Positions 19,645 to 25,899 of a stretch of DNA of 32,000 bases are shown here, piece by piece (the stretch's first letter is position 1; each line of letters opens with the position of its first letter). The notes beneath the pieces are model-generated. The model was not told where the DNA came from, did not search any database, and saw nothing but the letters and a program-made list of their open reading frames with translations. The stretch is taken from assembly GCA_963927335.1 (NCBI GenBank), contig CAWVAJ010000011.1, positions 19,513 to 51,512 on the forward strand, given 5' to 3'. This stretch comes from an uncultured Lachnospiraceae bacterium (GTDB lineage: Bacteria; Bacillota; Clostridia; Lachnospirales; Lachnospiraceae). The position numbers and the translations under genes were made by a program.

Positions 19645-19656
19645 GTACACGTGTAC
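19645..19656. promoter_or_regulatory. Operator O2: perfect palindrome GTACACGTGTAC
   Basis: 12-bp perfect inverted repeat with a central CG, 41 nt upstream of the binding-protein ATG. Its flanks (TTGC..TTT) match those of O1. Confidence 0.6.
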
Positions 19657-19763
19657 ATTTTTGAGTAAACAACAAAGGCAGCTTTGCTTGCTCAACGGAT
19701 GTCCGAGTTTCTGGGTCGTTGTCTTTTTTCAAAATGCCTGTGAGTTATGCAAATTGCCTTTGC

Positions 19764-19775
19764 GTTCACGTGTAC
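19764..19775. promoter_or_regulatory. Operator O1: GTTCACGTGTAC (one mismatch to O2)
   Basis: Lies 12 nt downstream of the -10 box, so it overlaps the predicted transcription start. The surrounding 20-mer is TTGCGTtCACGTGTACcTTT, against TTGCGTaCACGTGTACaTTT at O2. Confidence 0.6.
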
Positions 19776-19787
19776 CTTTGTGACTTG

Positions 19788-19816
19788 ATTATATAATTTG
19801 ACTATAGTTCTGTCAA
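19788..19816 (-). promoter_or_regulatory. Consensus sigma-A promoter of the arabinofuranosidase/ABC operon
   Basis: Minus strand: TTGACA (19811-19816), exactly 17 nt, TATAAT (19788-19793). Confidence 0.75.
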
Positions 19817-19840
19817 GGGCTTTCTCAAATTCAAAATAGC

Positions 19841-19888
19841 AAAAAAAGAAGAGAAGATTTTGTGCTTTTTACACAATCTCTTCTCTTC
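19841..19888 (-). terminator. Intrinsic terminator after the LCP gene
   Basis: Imperfect hairpin of about 10-13 bp (19848-19864 pairs with 19872-19886), followed on the minus strand by TTTTTTT (19841-19847). Confidence 0.65.
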
Positions 19889-19914
19889 CGCTTTTCTCTG
19901 TCTTTTTTTTCGGA

Positions 19915-21066
19915 TCAGCCGTAGATCGTCTCCTGCAGCCGCTCAAGGGTCGGCTCCCAGTCGGGAACCAGCATATCCTGTTTGTCCACATAGATGACGC
20001 TGTAAAGATCGTCATAGGGCACGCGGCTGGTCTCGAACTCATAGTCCAGGATCTCCGGAATCTCGGTAATCATGCTCCAGATATCCGTCTCCGGAATGTT
20101 CATGGTGACATAGCCCAGAATCGCCTGCATCTTCTCCGTCATCTGCGCCACGCTCATCTGCTTCGCTTCCGCGATCAGCTGCGTAATCACGTATCTCTGA
20201 CGCTCGGTACGCTCAAAATCAGAATTCCCTACGTAGCGGATTCTGGAAAAACCTACCGCCTGAAGGCCGTCGCAGTAGATGGTGCCTCCCTCCGAAGGAA
20301 TCATATGACCCGAAGGATCGATCCCCATGAGGTTGCACATATCAATGATGTAGCCGTTGGCCACTTCCGCTTCCGCCGCGCTGATATCCAGAGTCACGCC
20401 TCCGATGATATCGATAATGTCAATCATGTCAAAGAAATCCACCGCCGCGTACCGGTCCACCTGGATCTTAAAGGTATCCGTCACGGTGCTGCACAGCAGC
20501 GGGCCGGCGCCATAGGCGTAGGCCGCGTTCAGCTTCTTGTACCCGACGCCCTCGATATCCACGTACGTATCGCGCATCAGGGATACCATGGATACTTTAT
20601 TCTTTTCTTTATTAATCGAAACAAGAATCATACTGTCTGAGTTGCCGTTCCAGGAATCGTCCCGGCGGTCCACTCCCACCAGAAGAACGTTGTAAATGTC
20701 GTCGTCCGACACTGTCTCCACGCTGTCAAGGCTGCTCATGGCGTCGTGAATGCTGCTCAGCTCCTCGTCGCTCACCGCTTCGCCGACGCGCTCCTCCGTG
20801 CTCAGGGTCTCCTCCATGGCGATCTCCGGAAGGGTCTCCACCGTCTTGACGTCCTCATCCGCCACGTAGTTGATGCTGCTGTACATACCATGTCCCAGCT
20901 TGTAGATCACCGCGCCGCTGATCACCACGATCCCCAGGACAACGCATAGACTGATTCCGAAAATCAGCTTCATATTCGTCCCGTTCTTTTTTCTTCTGCG
21001 GCCGTCCCCGTAGTCCCGTCTGCCGCCCATTCTCGGATCCGGCCGGTCATTCCTGTTTCTTGGCAT
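19915..21066 (-). CDS. LytR-CpsA-Psr (LCP) family cell-envelope phosphotransferase
   Basis: 383 aa. Arg-rich cytoplasmic tail, one TM, then NVLLVGVDRRDDSWNGNSDSMILVSINKEKNKVSMVSLMRDTYV..YKKLNAAYAYGG-like..VDFFDMIDIIDIIGGVTLDI. Confidence 0.88.
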   Translation of the reverse strand: MPRNRNDRPDPRMGGRRDYGDGRRRKKNGTNMKLIFGISLCVVLGIVVISGAVIYKLGHGMYSSINYVADEDVKTVETLPEIAMEETLSTEERVGEAVSDEELSSIHDAMSSLDSVETVSDDDIYNVLLVGVDRRDDSWNGNSDSMILVSINKEKNKVSMVSLMRDTYVDIEGVGYKKLNAAYAYGAGPLLCSTVTDTFKIQVDRYAAVDFFDMIDIIDIIGGVTLDISAAEAEVANGYIIDMCNLMGIDPSGHMIPSEGGTIYCDGLQAVGFSRIRYVGNSDFERTERQRYVITQLIAEAKQMSVAQMTEKMQAILGYVTMNIPETDIWSMITEIPEILDYEFETSRVPYDDLYSVIYVDKQDMLVPDWEPTLERLQETIYG

Positions 21067-21165
21067 TTTTCAAACCCTCCTGCGTCTTTTTCCTCCCATA
21101 CCCTCTCCCGTATGGTTTCCTGATTCTCTTCTAGTTATAATCCTGAGGTCAAAAACTTTTCTGTG

Positions 21166-21201
21166 AAACAAAAAGAGCTTTCTGATGACTCAGAAAGCTC
21201 T
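21166..21201 (-). terminator. Intrinsic terminator after tRNA-Leu(CAG)
   Basis: Perfect 12-bp stem AGAGCTTTCTGA/TCAGAAAGCTCT (21174-21185 pairs with 21190-21201) with a 4-nt loop. Followed on the minus strand by TTTTGTTT. Confidence 0.8.
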
Positions 21202-21202
21202 A

Positions 21203-21286
21203 TGCGGAGGATGGGACTTGAACCCACACGATATTGCTACCACAGGCACCTGAAGCCTGCGCGTCTGCCAATTCCGCCACCTCCGC
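21203..21286 (-). tRNA. tRNA-Leu (anticodon CAG), class II with long variable arm
   Basis: Hand-folded. Acceptor GCGGAGG/CCTCCGC, anticodon stem CAGGC/GCCTG with loop TTCAGGT, T arm GTGGG-TTCAAGT-CCCAT, 15-nt variable arm. 84 nt, no encoded CCA. Confidence 0.9.
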
Positions 21287-21316
21287 GTCCTTGGTGAGCC
21301 GCAACTCACGAAAGAT

Positions 21317-21345
21317 ATAATACAACAACTCCCCTGGTTCGTCAA
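21317..21345 (-). promoter_or_regulatory. Promoter of tRNA-Leu(CAG)
   Basis: Minus strand: TTGACG (21340-21345), 17 nt, TATTAT (21317-21322). Confidence 0.6.
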
Positions 21346-21388
21346 GACTTTTTTTCATTTTTTGCAAAAAATTCTTTTCACTTTTTTG

Positions 21389-21417
21389 TTGACTTTTATC
21401 TTTCTCTTTGTTATAAT
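21389..21417 (+). promoter_or_regulatory. Promoter of tRNA-Leu(AAG)
   Basis: TTGACT (21389-21394), 17 nt, TATAAT (21412-21417). The tRNA 5' end lies 12 nt downstream. Confidence 0.7.
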
Positions 21418-21428
21418 ACTTTCTGTTC

Positions 21429-21512
21429 GCGGAAGTGTCGGAACTGGCAGACGAGCAAGACTAAGGATCTTGTGGCATTCGTGCCGTGTGGGTTCAAGTC
21501 CCATCTTCCGCA
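21429..21512 (+). tRNA. tRNA-Leu with anticodon AAG (A34), class II
   Basis: Hand-folded. Acceptor GCGGAAG/CTTCCGC, anticodon stem CAAGA/TCTTG with 7-nt loop C-T-A-A-G-G-A, which gives U33 and anticodon AAG. Variable arm TGGCATTCGTGCCGT. T arm identical to the CAG isoacceptor. 84 nt. Confidence 0.8.
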
Positions 21513-21527
21513 GGCATACTGGAGAAA

Positions 21528-21557
21528 GGGTCCTGCCTAGCGCGGGATTCTTTTTTT
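21528..21557 (+). terminator. Possible terminator after tRNA-Leu(AAG)
   Basis: A weak GC stem (CCTGC/GCGGG or GGGTCC/GGATTC) followed by TTTTTTT (21551-21557). Confidence 0.4.
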
Positions 21558-21567
21558 ATCCTTTCTT

Positions 21568-21720
21568 TTATTTCTCCTCCAGAAAATCGGGAAATTCCTT
21601 GAGAAACGCTCCGATGTCTTCCAAAGACGCGTTTTCCAGGTAATTCAGAAAAAACGCGAAATCATCCATCTGAATCAAATCCATAATTCTTTTCGTTTCT
21701 TCCTCTGTCAGCTCAGTCAT
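21568..21720 (-). CDS. Hypothetical 50-aa acidic protein
   Basis: The likely start is the ATG at 21718-21720 (MTELTEEETKRIMDLIQMDDFAFFLNYLENASLEDIGAFLKEFPDFLEEK) with an AAGGAGAG RBS. Its own promoter carries the palindrome listed below. I recognise no family. Confidence 0.5.
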   Translation of the reverse strand: MTELTEEETKRIMDLIQMDDFAFFLNYLENASLEDIGAFLKEFPDFLEEK

Positions 21721-21745
21721 AGCGGTCGCTCTCCTTTTTTTGTCA

Positions 21746-21770
21746 ATTTTAGAACAAAATGTTCTAAAAT
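21746..21770. promoter_or_regulatory. 11-3-11 perfect inverted repeat ATTTTAGAACA-AAA-TGTTCTAAAAT (putative XRE operator)
   Basis: The repeat spans the -10 box, the 17-nt spacer and the edge of the -35 of a minus-strand promoter: TTGAAT at 21769-21774 and TAAAAT at 21746-21751. It also abuts the -35 region of the plus-strand XRE gene. Confidence 0.6.
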
Positions 21771-21815
21771 TCAACAAGAAAAACAAGGATTTATATAATG
21801 ATGTCAGGTGATCCT

Positions 21816-22028
21816 ATGAAATACAGAAGAATCAGAGACCTGCGGGAGGATTCGGATCTGACGCAGGAAACCTTAGCACAGCATCTGAATATCAGCCAGC
21901 GCTCCTATTCCTACTACGAGTCCGGTAAACGGGAAGTCCCGGTAGCGGTCTTCTCTGCTCTCGCGGACTTTTACGGAACCAGCGTGGATTATCTGATGGG
22001 ACGGACAGACCGCAAAGAGCCCTACTGA
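21816..22028 (+). CDS. XRE-family helix-turn-helix transcriptional regulator
   Basis: MKYRRIRDLREDSDLTQETLAQHLNISQRSYSYYESGKREVPVAVFSALADFYGTSVDYLMGRTD. The start at 21816 is preferred (AGGTGA RBS), but the ATGs at 21798 and 21801 are possible. Confidence 0.8.
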   Translation: MKYRRIRDLREDSDLTQETLAQHLNISQRSYSYYESGKREVPVAVFSALADFYGTSVDYLMGRTDRKEPY

Positions 22029-23107
22029 ACGTCCGCCTCTTCTTTTACAATCTTTCGCATCTCTTCCCATTTTTTCTCCATATCCGCCACAAGCCTAAGC
22101 TGCGTCCGGCAGCGGTCCAGATTCTGTCCGGGGTACCGGATCGCGTAGTATACGTCCCCGTCCAGATAATCCCCAAGAAAACGCATGCCGCACTCCAGAG
22201 TCATGGTCTTGGCTCCCAGGGGAAGCAGCTCCACTTCCCGGTCCGTAAGACCCCGGCAGGCAGAAAGAAATCCCCTGGTATAGACCCGGAATTTCCGCAG
22301 ATCCAGCTCTACTTTGGAGAGGTCCCGCTCGTCCTCCGCCGCGGTGGAAGCCCCAAAGCGGATGGAATCACCGTAATCGTACAGGGCAAGCCCCGGCATA
22401 ACCGTATCCAGGTCGATCACACAGAGGGCCTTCCCGGTCTTCTGGTCAAACAGCACATTGTTCAGCTTCGTATCGTTGTGGGTGACCCGGACGGGAAGTT
22501 CGCCCGCTTCTCTCAGATGCTGAAGAATCCCCATCTCTTCCTCCCGCTCCAGGATAAACTCCGTTTCGTTTTTCACCTCCGCCCTCCGGTTTCGCACGTC
22601 CCGCTCCAGGCTGCGCCGGAAATTCCGATACCGCACAGGGGTGTTGTGAAAATCCGGAATCACCTCCAAGAGCCGCTCTGCCGGAAAATCCTTCAGGTCC
22701 TCCCCAAACCGGCCAAAAGCCAGGGCGCTCTGATAAAAGTCTTCCTCTGTCCGGGGCGACTCAAGGCAGAAGGAATCCTGGATAAACGCATAAGCCCTCC
22801 AGAATCCCTCCTCCTTCCAATACCAGTTCCCATCCCTGGCCGGGACAAGGCAAAGCACGCTTCTTGGATCCTCCGCCTTTTTTCTCAGATGGGCGGTCAC
22901 CAGAGCAATGTTGTTCATAAGTCCCGGAATGTCTCTCGTCAGCTGTTCATTCATCCTCTGCAGGATATAGCTTCTCCCCCCTTCGCAGTCCACCCGGTAG
23001 GTCAGGCAGATGTGCCCGCTTCCCCAGGGGACGCACCGTACCGGCTTTCCCTCAAAGGCAAACCCTTCCAGCACCCGCTCCAGCGTTTTCGTCTCTGCTT
23101 CTTTCAT
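22022..23107 (-). CDS. APH-fold phosphotransferase, N-acetylhexosamine 1-kinase (NahK/LnpB)-like
   Basis: 361 aa. GSGHICLTYRV..ILQRMN..VTHNDTKLNNVLFDQKTGKALCVIDLDTVMPGLALYDYGDSIRFGASTAAEDERDL. The catalytic HxDxxxxN and DLD motifs are in NahK-like context. Confidence 0.75.
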   Translation of the reverse strand: MKEAETKTLERVLEGFAFEGKPVRCVPWGSGHICLTYRVDCEGGRSYILQRMNEQLTRDIPGLMNNIALVTAHLRKKAEDPRSVLCLVPARDGNWYWKEEGFWRAYAFIQDSFCLESPRTEEDFYQSALAFGRFGEDLKDFPAERLLEVIPDFHNTPVRYRNFRRSLERDVRNRRAEVKNETEFILEREEEMGILQHLREAGELPVRVTHNDTKLNNVLFDQKTGKALCVIDLDTVMPGLALYDYGDSIRFGASTAAEDERDLSKVELDLRKFRVYTRGFLSACRGLTDREVELLPLGAKTMTLECGMRFLGDYLDGDVYYAIRYPGQNLDRCRTQLRLVADMEKKWEEMRKIVKEEADVQ

Positions 23108-23236
23108 CTTTCCTTCCTCCCGCCGTTTCTTTAAAAACAGTGTATCTTCTTTTCCTCATTTCCGCAATTATTCGATTGCTCTTGAGAAAAAAAACATGGT
23201 AAAATTTTAGAAAAGACGTTTTAAGGAGGTAAGAAC

Positions 23237-24364
23237 ATGGAACGTTACTTTGGCGAATCCACTCCCAAACTGGGATTTGGACTTATGAGACTTCCCAAGG
23301 ATGCCCAGGGAAACATTGAACTGGAAGAGACAAAACAGATGGTGGATCTTTTCATGAAAGCCGGGCAGACGTATTTCGATACGGCCTACACCTACGACAG
23401 CGGCGCTTCGGAGAGAGCGGCCAAAGCCGCCCTGGTAGACCGGTATCCGAGAGAGAGCTTCACGCTGGCCACCAAACTGTGCGCCTGGCACGGAGCCCAC
23501 GACGAGGCTTCCGCCAAGCAGCAGTTTTTCACCAGCCTGGAGCGGACGGGAGCCGGATATTTTGACTACTATCTGCTCCATGCCCTTCAGGCCGGAAATT
23601 ATAAACTGTACGACGAGTATCATCTCTGGGATTTTGTAAAAGAACAGAAGGCGAAAGGCCTTATCCGCCACTGGGGCTTCTCCTTCCACGCCACTCCCCA
23701 GCTTCTGGACGAGCTGCTCACCGCCCATCCGGACGCGGACTTCGTACAGCTGCAGCTGAACTACGCGGACTGGGAAAATCCCAACGTGACTTCCCGCGAA
23801 AACTATGAAGTGGCAAGAAAGCACGGAAAATCCATCGTGGTCATGGAGCCGGTAAAGGGCGGCGCCCTGGCCAATCCCCCGGAAAGAGTGCGGAAAATCT
23901 TCCAGGCGGCCAACCCGGACGTATCCTTCGCGTCCTGGGCGATCCGCTACGTGGCTTCTCTGGACGGAATCCTCACGGTTCTCTCCGGTATGTCCAACCT
24001 GGAACAGATGAACGATAATCTTTCCTATATGAAGGACTTCACCCCCTTAACGGAAAGCGAACAGGAAACCATCCGCCAGGCCCAGGAGGCCTTCCACAAG
24101 GTCAACTCCATTCCCTGCACCGCCTGTCACTACTGTACGGAGGGATGCCCCCAGCAGATTCCCATTCCGGAGATCTTCGCCGCCCGGAACAAGCAGCTGC
24201 TCTGGGATCAGCCGGAGGAAGGGAAAAAGGCCTATGAGGAAGCCGTTGCTCAGAAGGGAGCCGCCTCTGACTGCATCGCCTGCGGCCAGTGCGAAGCCGC
24301 CTGTCCTCAGCAGATTTCTGTCATCGACCGTCTCAAGGAATGCGCGGAAGTGTTCGGGCACTGA
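23237..24364 (+). CDS. Aldo/keto reductase with C-terminal 4Fe-4S ferredoxin-type domain (COG1453-like)
   Basis: 375 aa with an AAGGAGGT RBS. An AKR barrel (LGFGLMRLP..FDTAYTYDSGASE) plus CTACHYCTEGCP and CIACGQCEAACP cysteine clusters. Confidence 0.88.
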   Translation: MERYFGESTPKLGFGLMRLPKDAQGNIELEETKQMVDLFMKAGQTYFDTAYTYDSGASERAAKAALVDRYPRESFTLATKLCAWHGAHDEASAKQQFFTSLERTGAGYFDYYLLHALQAGNYKLYDEYHLWDFVKEQKAKGLIRHWGFSFHATPQLLDELLTAHPDADFVQLQLNYADWENPNVTSRENYEVARKHGKSIVVMEPVKGGALANPPERVRKIFQAANPDVSFASWAIRYVASLDGILTVLSGMSNLEQMNDNLSYMKDFTPLTESEQETIRQAQEAFHKVNSIPCTACHYCTEGCPQQIPIPEIFAARNKQLLWDQPEEGKKAYEEAVAQKGAASDCIACGQCEAACPQQISVIDRLKECAEVFGH

Positions 24365-24380
24365 GTTCTGCAGATATCAC

Positions 24381-24410
24381 AAAAGCCGGCAGGTTTTCCT
24401 GTCGGCTTTT
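24381..24410. terminator. Bidirectional terminator between the convergent AKR and chrA genes
   Basis: AAAAGCCGGCAGG-TTTTC-CTGTCGGCTTTT, with T-runs available on both strands. Confidence 0.75.
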
Positions 24411-24969
24411 ATTTTGTCACGCAGGCAAGGAGCGTCTTTAAGACTCCCGCCAGAAGCATGACCCAGATGGGATCCATCTTCCCTTTCCGCAGAAGCGCCA
24501 GGCAGATCACGAAAATAGCCGCCAGGCTCCAGTCCGTATTGGAAAGAAGGATCTCGCCGCCTCCCCAGAATGCCGTCACCAGAATGGAAAGTCCGGCGGA
24601 GGCGATCATAGCCACGACGGCCGGGCGCAGGGATTCCAGCACCCCCTGAAGCACCGCCATGTTCCGGTATCTCAGATACAACCTGGCAATCAGCGTCACG
24701 ATCACGCAGGAGGGGAGGACGCAGCCGCAGGTGGCAGCCAGCGCGCCGGGAAGCCCGCCGATGCGGATTCCCACAAAGGTCGCGGAATTAATGGCAATCG
24801 GTCCCGGCGTCATCTGAGAAATGGTAATCAGATCCGTAAATTCCTCCATCGTCAGCCAACCGTAGCGGGTCACCACCTGCCCCTGGATCAGAGGCATGGC
24901 GGCGTATCCGCCTCCAAAGCTGAACAGTCCGATCTGAAGAAAGCTTAAAAACAGCTGCAGATAGATCAT
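24409..24969 (-). CDS. chrA: Chromate transporter family protein (short CHR, C-terminal-type half)
   Basis: 186 aa. FLQIGLFSFGGGYAAMPLIQ..MTPGPIAINSATFVG. ATGA overlap with the upstream half. Confidence 0.88.
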   Translation of the reverse strand: MIYLQLFLSFLQIGLFSFGGGYAAMPLIQGQVVTRYGWLTMEEFTDLITISQMTPGPIAINSATFVGIRIGGLPGALAATCGCVLPSCVIVTLIARLYLRYRNMAVLQGVLESLRPAVVAMIASAGLSILVTAFWGGGEILLSNTDWSLAAIFVICLALLRKGKMDPIWVMLLAGVLKTLLACVTK

Positions 24970-25529
24970 AGCCGTTTCCTCCTTGCCGCCAGGGTGCGAA
25001 GGACGCCCAGCAGCCCGCAGACAAGGATCACGTAGACCACATTCACCTGGAAAAACCAGGCCGCCCCGAAGGCGCCCGCCAGGATCAGAAGGGAGAAGAG
25101 ATCTTTGCTCTTCGCCACCCCGCTTCCCATCTCCCAGACCACCGAAGCGATCACGGCTCCGACTCCCGCCTGCATCCCTTCCAGCATCTGACTGATGATA
25201 AAATTGCTGCGAAACGCGGAATAGAAAACGGAGATCAGAGAGAGGATGACAAAGGGCGGAATCACCGTGGCCACAATGGCGACCAGGGCTCCTGCCATGC
25301 CGGCCAGCTTGTACCCCACCACAATGGCGCCGTTCACCGCGATGGCTCCGGGCGCGGACTGGGCGATGGCCGTAAGATCCAGCATCTCATTCTCCTCAAT
25401 CCATTGATATTCGTCCACAAACTTCTTTTTCATCAGCGTTACGATCACGTATCCGCCTCCGAAGGTAAACGCGCTCAGGTATAACGTGGAAAGAAACAGC
25501 TTTCCCAACACTTCTTTTCTGATGTTCAT
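24966..25529 (-). CDS. chrA: Chromate transporter family protein (short CHR, N-terminal-type half)
   Basis: 187 aa. LSAFTFGGGYVIVTLMKKKFVDEYQWIEENEMLDLTAIAQSAPGAIAVNGA. Confidence 0.88.
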   Translation of the reverse strand: MNIRKEVLGKLFLSTLYLSAFTFGGGYVIVTLMKKKFVDEYQWIEENEMLDLTAIAQSAPGAIAVNGAIVVGYKLAGMAGALVAIVATVIPPFVILSLISVFYSAFRSNFIISQMLEGMQAGVGAVIASVVWEMGSGVAKSKDLFSLLILAGAFGAAWFFQVNVVYVILVCGLLGVLRTLAARRKRL

Positions 25530-25781
25530 TCAGCCTTTTAATCCTCTCGCCTGTCGGTCCATATCCTCCACCACGATATCATAGATCTCTCCCAGAGACG
25601 CGCAGTACTCCAGGACCTTCCAGGGTTCGTTGGTGTGGAAATGAATCTTAATCAGCTCCTCGTCTCCCACTGCCAGCAGGCAGTCTCCTTTGAAATTCTC
25701 CGTAAAATAATCGCTGATCACGTCCTCATCCAGGTCTGTGCCTTCAATGAGAAGCTGCGTGTCGTACCGAAACTCCAGCAT
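25530..25781 (-). CDS. Stand-alone 83-aa protein homologous to the central domain of FakA/YloV (DAK2-fusion fatty-acid kinase)
   Basis: The likely start is the ATG at 25779-25781 (GAAGGAGG RBS); the track start lies inside the promoter. GDCLLAVGDEELIKIHFHTNEPWKVLEYCASLGEIYDIVVEDMDRQ aligns with Bacillus YloV [46 protein letters not shown]. The stop TGA abuts the chrA ATG. Confidence 0.65.
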   Translation of the reverse strand: MLEFRYDTQLLIEGTDLDEDVISDYFTENFKGDCLLAVGDEELIKIHFHTNEPWKVLEYCASLGEIYDIVVEDMDRQARGLKG

Positions 25782-25814
25782 GCCGGTTCCTCCTTCTGTT
25801 TTGCGTTTTTCCCA

Positions 25815-25843
25815 ATTATAGCTCATCCTTCCCGGTATGTCAA
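25815..25843 (-). promoter_or_regulatory. Consensus promoter of the FakA-like/chrA operon
   Basis: Minus strand: TTGACA (25838-25843), 17 nt, TATAAT (25815-25820). Confidence 0.7.
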
Positions 25844-25844
25844 A

Positions 25845-25872
25845 GCGGCATTGAGATCGCTCCCAATGCCGC
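25845..25872 (-). terminator. Possible terminator after the ABC-2 permease
   Basis: 9-bp stem GCGGCATTG/CAATGCCGC, but followed only by TTT, which merges into the next -35. Confidence 0.4.
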
Positions 25873-25899
25873 CCGTTTCGTTTCTGTCTCGGTTTTCTC

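Noticed and set aside
19641-19660. Possible CcpA cre site at the GTACACGTGTAC palindrome
   Set aside because: Three mismatches to TGWAANCGNTNWCA at conserved positions. The duplicated, operon-specific motif fits the local LacI-family regulator better.
21203-23200. tRNA-Leu genes as the attachment site of a genomic island
   Set aside because: No integrase or recombinase gene was found, I could find no direct repeat of a tRNA 3' end downstream, and the flanking genes are ordinary metabolic genes.
23207-23824. 205-aa minus-strand ORF
   Set aside because: Antisense to the aldo/keto reductase gene, which has clear AKR and 4Fe-4S motifs and an AAGGAGGT RBS.
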